Positions 25,901 to 38,314 of a stretch of DNA of 64,000 nucleotides are shown piece by piece. The DNA comes from the human T2T-CHM13v2.0 reference genome, Homo sapiens, in the NCBI RefSeq assembly GCF_009914755.1, contig NC_060926.1; one strand, given 5' to 3'. The notes beneath the pieces are model-generated. The model saw nothing but the letters and a program-made list of their open reading frames with translations. It searched no databases and was not told the DNA's origin. The position numbers and the translations under genes were made by a program. Positions within the stretch are counted from its first letter, which is position 1; each line of letters opens with the position of its first letter.

Positions 25901-27000
25901 GAAAAAGGAAATATCTTCCCCTGAAAACTAGACAGAAGCATTCTCAGAAACTTATTTGTGATGTGCGCCCTCAACTAACAGTGTTGAACCTTTCTTTTGA
26001 TAGAGCAGTTTTGAAACACTCTTTTTGTAATATCTGCAAGAGGATATTTGGATAGCATTGAGGATTTCTTTGGAAACGGGATTGTCTTCATATAAACTCT
26101 AGACAGAAGCATTCTCAGAAGCTTCATTGGGATGTTTCAATTGAAGTCACAGTGTTGAACAGTCCCTTTCATAGAGCAGGTTTGAAACACTCTTTTTGTA
26201 GTATCTGGAAGTGGACATTTGGAGAGATCTCAGGAATACGGTGATAAAGGAAATATCTTCCAATAAAAGCTAGATAGAAGCAATGTCAGAAACTTTTTCA
26301 TGATGTATCTACTCAGCTAACAGAGTTGAACCTTCCTTTGAGAGAGCAGTTTTGAAACACTCTTTTTGTGGAATCTGCAAGTGGATATTTGTCTAGCTTT
26401 GAGGATTTCGTTGGAAACGGGTTACATATAAAAAGCAGACAGCAGCATTCCCAGAAACTTCTTTGTGTTGTTTGCATTCAAGTCACAGAGTTGAACATTC
26501 CCTTTCATAGAGCAGGTTTGAAACACTCTTTTTGTAGTATCTGGATGTGGACATTTGCAGCGCTTTCAGGCATAAGGTGAAAAAGGAAATATCTTCCCCT
26601 GAAAACTAGACAGAAGCATTCTCAGAAACTTATTTGTGATGTGCGCCCTCAACTAACAGTGTTGAAGCTTTCTTTTGATAGAGCAGTTTTGAAACACTCT
26701 TTTTGTAATATCTGCAAGAGGATATTTGGATAGCTTTGAGGATTTCGTTGGAAACGGGATTGTCTTCATATAAACTCTAGACAGAAGCATTCTCAGAAGC
26801 TTCATTGGGATGTTTCAATTGAAGTTACAGTGTTGAACAGTCCCTTTCATAGAGCAGGTTTGAAACACTCTTTTTGTAGTATCTGGATGTGGACATTTGG
26901 AGCGCTTTCAGGCCTATGGTTTAAAAGGAAATATCTTCCCCTGAAAACTAGACAGAAGCATTCTCAGAAACTTATTTGTGATGTGCGCCCTCAACTAAGA
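17500..27000 (+). repeat. Tandem duplication, unit 4751 bp (28 monomers), two copies; boundaries approximate
   Basis: The unit-length series 1018, 1018, 678, 680, 679, 678 occurs twice. XbaI-loss TCCAGA at 20668 and 25419. ORF offsets 19601->24352, 20522->25273 and 21617->26368 are all 4751. Confidence 0.92.
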
Positions 27001-30000
27001 GTGTTGAAGCATTCTTTTGATAGAGCAGTTTTGAAACACTCTTTTTGTGGAATCTGCAAGTGGATATTTGTCTAGCTTTGAGGATTTCGTTGGAAACGGG
27101 ATTACATATAAAAAGCAGACAGCAGCATTCCCAGAAACTTCTTTGTGATGTTTGCATTCACGTCACAGAGTTGAACATTCCCTTTCATAGAGCAGGTTTG
27201 AAACACTCTTTTTGTAGTATCTGGATGTGGACATTTGGAGCGCTTTCAGGCCTATGGTGAAAAAGGAAATATCTTCCCCTGAAAACTAGACAGAAGCATT
27301 CTCAGAAACTTATTTGTGATGTGCGCCCTCAACTAACAGTGTTGAAGCTTTCTTTTGATAGAGCAGTTTTGAAACACTCTTTTTGTAATATCTGCAAGAG
27401 GATATTTGGATAGCTTTGAGGATTTCGTTGGAAACGGGATTAATTATAAAAAGCAGACAGCAGCATTCCCAGAATCTTGTTTGTGATGTTTGCATTCAAG
27501 TCACAGAGTTGTACATTCCCTTTCAGAGAGCAGGTTTGAAACACTCTTTTTATAGTATCTGGATGTGGACATTTGGAGCGCTTTCAGGCCTATGGTGAAA
27601 AAGGAAATATCTTCTCCTGAAAACTAGACAGAAGCATTCTCAGAATCTTATTTGTGATGTGCGCCCTCAACTAACAGTGTTGAAGCTTTCTTTTGATAGA
27701 GCAGTTTTGAAACACTCTTTTCGTAAAATCTGCAAGAGGATATTTGGATAGCTTTGAGGATTTCGTTGGAAACGGGATTGTCTTCATATAAACTCTAGAC
27801 AGAAGCATTCTCAGAAGCTTCATTGGGATGTTTCAATTGAAGTCACAGTGTTGAACAGTCCCTTTCATAGAGCAGGTTTGAAACACTCTTTTTGTAGTAT
27901 CTGGAAGTGGACATTTGGAACGCTCTCAGGACTGCGTTGAAAAAGGAAATATCTTCCAATAAAAGCTAGATAGAAGCAATGTCAGAAACTTTTTCATGAT
28001 GTATCTACTCAGCTAACAGAGTTGAACCTTCATTTGAGAGAGCAGTTTTGAAACACTCGTTTTGTGGAATCTGCAAGTGGATATTTGTCTAGCTTTGAGG
28101 ATTTCGTTGGAAACGGGATTACATATAAAAAGCAGACAGTAGCATTCCCAGAAACTTCTTTGTGATGTTTGCATTCAAGTCACAGAGTTGAACATTCCCT
28201 TTCATAGAGCAGGTTTGAAACACTCTTTTTGTAGTATCTGGATGTGGACATTTGCAGCGCTTTCAGGCATAAGGTGAAAAAGGAAATATCTTCCCCTGAA
28301 AACTAGACAGAAGCATTCTCAGAAACTTATTTGTGATGTGCGCCCTCAACTAACAGTGTTGAACCTTTCTTTTGATAGAGCAGTTTTGAAACACTCTTTT
28401 TGTAATATCTGCAAGAGGATATTTGGATAGCATTGAGGATTTCTTTGGAAACGGGATTGTCTTCATATAAACTCTAGACAGAAGCATTCTCAGAAGCTTC
28501 ATTGGGATGTTTCAATTGAAGTCACAGTGTTGAACAGTCCCTTTCATAGAGCAGGTTTGAAACACTCTTTTTGTAGTATCTGGAAGTGGACATTTGGAGA
28601 GATCTCAGGAATACGGTGATAAAGGAAATATCTTCCAATAAAAGCTAGATAGAAGCAATGTCAGAAACTTTTTCATGATGTATCTACTCAGCTAACAGAG
28701 TTGAACCTTCCTTTGAGAGAGCAGTTTTGAAACACTCTTTTTGTGGAATCTGCAAGTGGATATTTGTCTAGCTTTGAGGATTTCGTTGGAAACGGGTTAC
28801 ATATAAAAAGCAGACAGCAGCATTCCCAGAAACTTCTTTGTGTTGTTTGCATTCAAGTCACAGAGTTGAACATTCCCTTTCATAGAGCAGGTTTGAAACA
28901 CTCTTTTTGTAGTATCTGGATGTGGACATTTGCAGCGCTTTCAGGCATAAGGTGAAAAAGGAAATATCTTCCCCTGAAAACTAGACAGAAGCATTCTCAG
29001 AAACTTATTTGTGATGTGCGCCCTCAACTAACAGTGTTGAAGCTTTCTTTTGATAGAGCAGTTTTGAAACACTCTTTTTGTAATATCTGCAAGAGGATAT
29101 TTGGATAGCTTTGAGGATTTCGTTGGAAACGGGATTGTCTTCATATAAACTCTAGACAGAAGCATTCTCAGAAGCTTCATTGGGATGTTTCAATTGAAGT
29201 TACAGTGTTGAACAGTCCCTTTCATAGAGCAGGTTTGAAACACTCTTTTTGTAGTATCTGGATGTGGACATTTGGAGCGCTTTCAGGCCTATGGTTTAAA
29301 AGGAAATATCTTCCCCTGAAAACTAGACAGAAGCATTCTCAGAAACTTATTTGTGATGTGCGCCCTCAACTAACAGTGTTGAAGCATTCTTTTGATAGAG
29401 CAGTTTTGAAACACTCTTTTTGTGGAATCTGCAAGTGGATATTTGTCTAGCTTTGAGGATTTCGTTGGAAACGGGATTACATATAAAAAGCAGACAGCAG
29501 CATTCCCAGAAACTTCTTTGTGATGTTTGCATTCACGTCACAGAGTTGAACATTCCCTTTCATAGAGCAGGTTTGAAACACTCTTTTTGTAGTATCTGGA
29601 TGTGGACATTTGGAGCGCTTTCAGGCCTATGGTGAAAAAGGAAATATCTTCCCCTGAAAACTAGACAGAAGCATTCTCAGAAACTTATTTGTGATGTGCG
29701 CCCTCAACTAACAGTGTTGAAGCTTTCTTTTGATAGAGCAGTTTTGAAACACTCTTTTTGTAATATCTGCAAGAGGATATTTGGATAGCTTTGAGGATTT
29801 CGTTGGAAACGGGATTAATTATAAAAAGCAGACAGCAGCATTCCCAGAATCTTGTTTGTGATGTTTGCATTCAAGTCACAGAGTTGTACATTCCCTTTCA
29901 GAGAGCAGGTTTGAAACACTCTTTTTATAGTATCTGGATGTGGACATTTGGAGCGCTTTCAGGCCTATGGTGAAAAAGGAAATATCTTCTCCTGAAAACT

Positions 30001-30500
30001 AGACAGAAGCATTCTCAGAATCTTATTTGTGATGTGCGCCCTCAACTAACAGTGTTGAAGCTTTCTTTTGATAGAGCAGTTTTGAAACACTCTTTTCGTA
30101 AAATCTGCAAGAGGATATTTGGATAGCTTTGAGGATTTCGTTGGAAACGGGATTGTCTTCATATAAACTCTAGACAGAAGCATTCTCAGAAGCTTCATTG
30201 GGATGTTTCAATTGAAGTCACAGTGTTGAACAGTCCCTTTCATAGAGCAGGTTTGAAACACTCTTTTTGTAGTATCTGGAAGTGGACATTTGGAACGCTC
30301 TCAGGACTGCGTTGAAAAAGGAAATATCTTCCAATAAAAGCTAGATAGAAGCAATGTCAGAAACTTTTTCATGATGTATCTACTCAGCTAACAGAGTTGA
30401 ACCTTCATTTGAGAGAGCAGTTTTGAAACACTCGTTTTGTGGAATCTGCAAGTGGATATTTGTCTAGCTTTGAGGATTTCGTTGGAAACGGGATTACATA
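25420..30500 (+). repeat. Tandem duplication, unit 2375 bp (14 monomers); boundaries approximate
   Basis: The series 679, 678, 1018 occurs twice. ORF offsets 26368->28743, 26830->29205 and 27416->29791 are all 2375. Shared SNPs: CAGTAGCATT, TAGCATTGAG, TTGTACATT. Confidence 0.9.
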
Positions 30501-33500
30501 TAAAAAGCAGACAGCAGCATTCCCAGAAACTTCTTTGTGATGTTTGCATTCAAGTCACAGAGTTGAACATTCCCTTTCATAGAGCAGGTTTGAAACACTC
30601 TTTTTGTAGTATCTGGATGTGGACATTTGCAGCGCTTTCAGGCATAAGGTGAAAAAGGAAATATCTTCCCCTGAAAACTAGACAGAAGCATTCTCAGAAA
30701 CTTATTTGTGATGTGCGCCCTCAACTAACAGTGTTGAACCTTTCTTTTGATAGAGCAGTTTTGAAACACTCCTTTTGTAATATCTGCAAGAGGATATTTG
30801 GATAGCTTTGAGGATTTCTTTGGAAACGGGATTGTCTTCATATAAACTCTAGACAGAAGCATTCTCAGAAGCTTCATTGGGATGTTTCAATTGAAGTCAC
30901 AGTGTTGAACAGTCCCTTTCATAGAGCAGGTTTGAAACACTCTTTTTGTAGTATCTGGAAGTGGACATTTGGAGAGATCTCAGGAATACGGTGATAAAGG
31001 AAATATCTTCCAATAAAAGCTAGATAGAAGCAATGTCAGAAACTTTTTCATGATGTATCTACTCAGCTAACAGAGTTGAACCTTTCTTTTGAGAGAGCAG
31101 TTTTGAAACACTCTTTTTGTGGAATCTGCAAGTGGATATTTGTCTAGCTTTGAGGATTTTGTTGGAAACGGGATTACGTATAAAAAGCAGACAGCAGCAT
31201 TCCCAGTAACTTCTTTGTGGTGTTTGCATTCAAGTCACAGAGTTGAACATTCCCTTTCATAGAGCAGGTTTGAAACACTCTTTTTGTAGTATCTGGATGT
31301 GGACATTTGGAGCGCTTTCAGGCCTATGGTGAAAAAGGAAATATCTTCCCCTGAAAACTAGACAGAAGCATTCTCAGAATCTTATTTGTGATGTGCGCCC
31401 TCAACTAACAGTGTTGAAGCTTTCTTTTGATAGAGCAGTTTTGAAACACTCTTTTTGTAAAATCTGCAAGAGGATATTTGGATAGCTTTGAGGATTTCGT
31501 TGGAAACGGGATTGTCTTCATATAAACTCTAGACAGAAGCATTCTCAGAAGCTTCATTGGGATGTTTCAATTGAAGTCACAGTGTTGAACAGTCCCTTTC
31601 ATAGAGCAGGTTTGAAACACTCTTTTTGTAGTATCTGGAAGTGGACATTTGGAACGCCCTCAGGACTGCGTTGAAAAAGGAAATATCTTCCAATAAAAGC
31701 TAGATAGAAGCAATGTCAGAAACTTTTTCATGATGTATCTACTCAGCTAACACAGTTGAACCTTTCTTTTGAGAGAGCAGTTTTGAAACACTCTTTTTGT
31801 GGAATCTGCAAGTGGATATTTGTCTAGCTTTGAGGATTTCGTTGGAAACGGGATTACATATAAAAAGCAGACAGCAGCATTCCCAGTAACTTCTTTGTGA
31901 TGTTTGCATTCAAGTCACAGAGTTGAACATTCCCTTTCATAGAGCAGGTTTGAAACACTTTTTTTGTAGTATCTGGATGTGGACATTTGGAGCGCTTTCA
32001 GGCCTATGGTGAAAAAGGAAATATCTTCCAATAAAAGCTACATAGAAGCAATGTCAGAAACTTTTTCATGATGTATCTACTCAGCTAAAAGAGTTGAACC
32101 TTTCTTTTGAGAGAGCAGTTTTGAAACACTCTTTTTGTGGAATCTGGAAGTGGATATTTGTCTAGCTTTGAGGATTTCGTTGGAAACGGGATTACATATA
32201 AAAAGCAGACAGCAGCATTCCCAGTAACTTCTTTGTGATGTTTGCATTCAAGTCACAGAGTTGAACATTCCCTTTCATAGAGCAGGTTTGAAACACTCTT
32301 TTTGTAGTATCTGGATGTGGACATTTGGAGCGCTTTCAGGCCTATGGTGAAAAAGGAAATATCTTCCCCAGAAAACTAGACAGAAGCATTCTCAGAATCT
32401 TATTTGTGATGTGCGCCCTCAACTAACAGTGTTGAAGCTTTCTTTTGATAGAGCAGTTTTGAAACACTCTTTTCGTAAAATCTGCAAGAGGATATTTTGA
32501 TAGCTTTGAGGATTACGTTGGAAACGGGATTGTCTTCAAATAAACTCTAGACAGAAGCATTCTCAGAAGCTTCATTGGGATGTTTCAATTAAAGTCACAG
32601 TGTTGAACAGTCCCTTTCATAGAGCAGGTTTGAAACACTCTTTTTTTAGTATCTGGAAGTGGACATTTGGAGCGCTCTCAGGACTGCGGTGAAAAAGGAA
32701 ATATCTTCCAATAAAAGCTAGATAGAAGCAATGTCAGAAACTTTTTCATGATGTATCTACTCAGCTAACAGAGTTGAACCTTCCTTTGAGAGAGCAGTTT
32801 TGAAACACTCTTTTTGTGGAATCTGCAAGTGGATATTTGTCTAGCTTTGAGGATTTCGTTGGAAACGGGTTACATATAAAAAGCAGACAGCAGCATTCCC
32901 AGAAACTTCTTTGTGTTGTTTGCATTCAAGTCACAGAGTTGAACATTCCCTTTCATAGAGCAGGTTTGAAACACTCTTTTTGTAGTATCTGGATGTGGAC
33001 ATTTGCAGCGCTTTCAGGCCTAAGGTGAAAAAGGAAATATCTTCCCCTGAAAACTAGACAGAAGCATTCTCAGAAACTTATTTGTGATGTGCGCCCTCAA
33101 CTAACAGTGTTGAAGCTTTCTTTTGATAGAGCAGTTTTGAAACACTCTTTTTGTAATATCTGCAAGAGGATATTTGGATAGCTTTGAGGATTTCGTTGGA
33201 AACGGGATTGTCTTCATATAAACTCTAGACAGAAGCATTCTCAGAAGCTTCATTGGGATGTTTCAATTGAAGTTACAGTGTTGAACAGTCCCTTTCATAG
33301 AGCAGGTTTGAAACACTCTTTTTGTAGTATCTGGATGTGGACATTTGGAGCGCTTTCAGGCCTATGGTTTAAAAGGAAATATCTTCCCCTGAAAACTAGA
33401 CAGAAGCATTCTCAGAAACTTATTTGTGATGTGCGCCCTCAACTAAGAGTGTTGAAGCATTCTTTTGATAGAGCAGTTTTGAAACACTCTTTTTGTGGAA

Positions 33501-36500
33501 TCTGCAAGTGGATATTTGTCTAGCTTTGAGGATTTCGTTGGAAACGGGATTACATATAAAAAGCAGACAGCAGCATTCCCAGAAACTTCTTTGTGATGTT
33601 TGCATTCACGTCACAGAGTTGAACATTCCCTTTCATAGAGCAGGTTTGTAACACTCTTTTTGTAGTATCTGGATGTGGACATTTGGAGCGCTTTCAGGCC
33701 TATGGTGAAAAAGGAAATATCTTCCCCTGAAAACTAGACAGAAGCATTCTCAGAAACTTATTTGTGATGTGCGCCCTCAACTAACAGTGTTGAAGCTTTC
33801 TTTTGATAGAGCAGTTTTGAAACACTCTTTTTGTAATATCTGCAAGAGGATATTTGGATAGCTTTGAGGATTTCGTTGGAAACGGGATTAATTATAAAAA
33901 GCAGACAGCAGCATTCCCAGAATCTTGTTTGTGATGTTTGCATTCAAGTCACAGAGTTGAACATTCCCTTTCAGAGAGCAGGTTTGAAACACTCTTTTTA
34001 TAGTATCTGGATGTGGACATTTGGAGCGCTTTCAGGCCTATGGTGAAAAAGGAAATATCTTCTCCTGAAAACTAGACAGAAGCATTCTCAGAATCTTATT
34101 TGTGATGTGCGCCCTCAACTAACAGTGTTGAAGCTTTCTTTTGATAGAGCAGTTTTGAAACACTCTTTTCGTAAAATCTGCAAGAGGATATTTGGATAGC
34201 TTTGAGGATTTCGTTGGAAACGGGATTGTCTTCATATAAACTCTAGACAGAAGCATTCTCAGAAGCTTCATTGGGATGTTTCAATTGAAGTCACAGTGTT
34301 GAACAGTCCCTTTCATAGAGCAGGTTTGAAACACTCTTTTTGTAGTATCTGGAAGTGGACATTTGGAACGCTCTCAGGACTGCGTTGAAAAAGGAAATAT
34401 CTTCCAATAAAAGCTAGATAGAAGCAATGTCAGAAACTTTTTCATGATGTATCTACTCAGCTAACAGAGTTGAACCTTCATTTGAGAGAGCAGTTTTGAA
34501 ACACTCGTTTTGTGGAATCTGCAAGTGGATATTTGTCTAGCTTTGAGGATTTCGTTGGAAACGGGATTACATATAAAAAGCAGACAGCAGCATTCCCAGA
34601 AACTTCTTTGTGATGTTTGCATTCAAGTCACAGAGTTGAACATTCCCTTTCATAGAGCAGGTTTGAAACACTCTTTTTGTAGTATCTGGATGTGGACATT
34701 TGCAGCGCTTTCAGGCATAAGGTGAAAAAGGAAATATCTTCCCCTGAAAACTAGACAGAAGCATTCTCAGAAACTTATTTGTGATGTGCGCCCTCAACTA
34801 ACAGTGTTGAACCTTTCTTTTGATAGAGCAGTTTTGAAACACTCTTTTTGTAATATCTGCAAGAGGATATTTGGATAGCTTTGAGGATTTCTTTGGAAAC
34901 GGGATTGTCTTCATATAAACTCTAGACAGAAGCATTCTCAGAAGCTTCATTGGGATGTTTCAATTGAAGTCACAGTGTTGAACAGTCCCTTTCATAGAGC
35001 AGGTTTGAAACACTCTTTTTGTAGTATCTGGAAGTGGACATTTGGAGAGATCTCAGGAATACGGTGATAAAGGAAATATCTTCCAATAAAAGCTAGATAG
35101 AAGCAATGTCAGAAACTTTTTCATGATGTATCTACTCAGCTAACAGAGTTGAACCTTTCTTTTGAGAGAGCAGTTTTGAAACACTCTTTTTGTGGAATCT
35201 GCAAGTGGATATTTGTCTAGCTTTGAGGATTTCGTTGGAAACGGGATTACATATAAAAAGCAGACAGCAGCATTCCCAGTAACTTCTTTGTGGTGTTTGC
35301 ATTCAAGTCACAGAGTTGAACATTCCCTTTCATAGAGCAGGTTTGAAACACTCTTTTTGTAGTATCTGGATGTGGACATTTGGAGCGCTTTCAGGCCTAT
35401 GGTGAAAAAGGAAATATCTTCCCCTGAAAACTAGACAGAAGCATTCTCAGAATCTTATTTGTGATGTGCGCCCTCAACTAACAGTGTTGAAGCTTTCTTT
35501 TGATAGAGCAGTTTTGAAACACTCTTTTTGTAAAATCTGCAAGAGGATATTTGGATAGCTTTGAGGATTTCGTTGGAAACGGGATTGTCTTCATATAAAC
35601 TCTAGACAGAAGCATTCTCAGAAGCTTCATTGGGATGTTTCAATTGAAGTCACAGTGTTGAACAGTCCCTTTCATAGAGCAGGTTTGAAACACTCTTTTT
35701 GTAGTATCTGGAAGTGGACATTTGGAGAGATCTCAGGAATACGGTGATAAAGGAAATATCTTCCAATAAAAGCTAGATAGAAGCAATGTCAGAAACTTTT
35801 TCATGATGTATCTACTCAGCTAACAGAGTTGAACCTTTCTTTTGAGAGAGCAGTTTTGAAACACTCTTTTTGTGGAATCTGCAAGTGGATATTTGTCTAG
35901 CTTTGAGGATTTCGTTGGAAACGGGATTACATATAAAAAGCAGACAGCAGCATTCCCAGGAACTTCTTTGTGATGTTTGCATTCAAGTCACAGAGTTGAA
36001 CATTCCCTTTCATAGAGCAGGTTTGAAACACTTTTTTTGTAGTATCTGGATGTGGACATTTGGAGCGCTTTCAGGCCTATGGTGAAAAAGGAAATATCTT
36101 CCAATAAAAGCTACATAGAAGCAATGTCAGAAACTTTTTCATGATGTATCTACTCAGCTAAAAGAGTTGAACCTTTCTTTTGAGAGAGCAGTTTTGAAAC
36201 ACTCTTTTTGTGGAATCTGGAAGTGGATATTTGTCTAGCTTTGAGGATTTCGTTGGAAACGGGATTACATATAAAAAGCAGACAGCAGCATTCCCAGTAA
36301 CTTCTTTGTGATGTTTGCATTCAAGTCACAGAGTTGAACATTCCCTTTCATAGAGCAGGTTTGAAACACTCTTTTTGTAGTATCTGGATGTGGACATTTG
36401 GAGCGCTTTCAGGCCTATGGTGAAAAAGGAAATATCTTCCCCAGAAAACTAGACAGAAGCATTCTCAGAATCTTATTTGTGATGTGCGCCCTCAACTAAC

Positions 36501-38314
36501 AGTGTTGAAGCTTTCTTTTGATAGAGCAGTTTTGAAACACTCTTTTCGTAAAATCTGCAAGAGGATATTTTGATAGCTTTGAGGATTACGTTGGAAACGG
36601 GATTGTCTTCAAATAAACTCTAGACAGAAGCATTCTCAGAAGCTTCATTGGGATGTTTCAATTAAAGTCACAGTGTTGAACAGTCCCTTTCATAGAGCAG
36701 GTTTGAAACACTCTTTTTGTAGTATCTGGAAGTGGACATTTGGAGCGCTCTCAGGACTGCGGTGAAAAAGGAAATATCTTCCAATAAAAGCTAGATAGAA
36801 GCAATGTCAGAAACTTTTTCATGATGTATCTACTCAGCTAACAGAGTTGAACCTTCCTTTGAGAGAGCAGTTTTGAAACACTCTTTTTGTGGAATCTGCA
36901 AGTGGATATTTGTCTAGCTTTGAGGATTTCGTTGGAAACGGGTTACATATAAAAAGCAGACAGCAGCATTCCCAGAAACTTCTTTGTGTTGTTTGCATTC
37001 AAGTCACAGAGTTGAACATTCCCTTTCATAGAGCAGGTTTGAAACACTCTTTTTGTAGTATCTGGATGTGGACATTTGCAGCGCTTTCAGGCCTAAGGTG
37101 AAAAAGGAAATATCTTCCCCTGAAAACTAGACAGAAGCATTCTCAGAAACTTATTTGTGATGTGCGCCCTCAACTAACAGTGTTGAAGCTTTCTTTTGAT
37201 AGAGCAGTTTTGAAACACTCTTTTTGTAATATCTGCAAGAGGATATTTGGATAGCTTTGAGGATTTCGTTGGAAACGGGATTGTCTTCATATAAACTCTA
37301 GACAGAAGCATTCTCAGAAGCTTCATTGGGATGTTTCAATTGAAGTTACAGTGTTGAACAGTCCCTTTCATAGAGCAGGTTTGAAACACTCTTTTTGTAG
37401 TATCTGGATGTGGACATTTGGAGCGCTTTCAGGCCTATGGTTTAAAAGGAAATATCTTCCCCTGAAAACTAGACAGAAGCATTCTCAGAAACTTATTTGT
37501 GATGTGCGCCCTCAACTAACAGTGTTGAAGCATTCTTTTGATAGAGCAGTTTTGAAACACTCTTTTTGTGGAATCTGCAAGTGGATATTTGTCTAGCTTT
37601 GAGGATTTCGTTGGAAACGGGATTACATATAAAAAGCAGACAGCAGCATTCCCAGAAACTTCTTTGTGATGTTTGCATTCACGTCACAGAGTTGAACATT
37701 CCCTTTCATAGAGCAGGTTTGAAACACTCTTTTTGTAGTATCTGGATGTGGACATTTGGAGCGCTTTCAGGCCTATGGTGAAAAAGGAAATATCTTCCCC
37801 TGAAAACTAGACAGAAGCATTCTCAGAAACTTATTTGTGATGTGCGCCCTCAACTAACAGTGTTGAAGCTTTCTTTTGATAGAGCAGTTTTGAAACACTC
37901 TTTTTGTAATATCTGCAAGAGGATATTTGGATAGCTTTGAGGATTTCGTTGGAAACGGGATTAATTATAAAAAGCAGACAGCAGCATTCCCAGAATCTTG
38001 TTTGTGATGTTTGCATTCAAGTCACAGAGTTGTACATTCCCTTTCAGAGAGCAGGTTTGAAACACTCTTTTTATAGTATCTGGATGTGGACATTTGGAGC
38101 GCTTTCAGGCCTATGGTGAAAAAGGAAATATCTTCTCCTGAAAACTAGACAGAAGCATTCTCAGAATCTTATTTGTGATGTGCGCCCTCAACTAACAGTG
38201 TTGAAGCTTTCTTTTGATAGAGCAGTTTTGAAACACTCTTTTTGTAAAATCTGCAAGAGGATATTTGGATAGCTTTGAGGATTTCGTTGGAAACGGGATT
38301 GTCTTCCTATAAAC
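30169..38314 (+). repeat. Tandem duplication, unit 4073 bp (24 monomers), two somewhat diverged copies
   Basis: The series 679, 680, 1018, 678, 1018 occurs twice. ORF offsets 30437->34510, 32816->36889 and 33864->37937 are all 4073. Shared SNPs: TCTTCAAATAAAC, GCTAAAAGAG. Confidence 0.88.
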
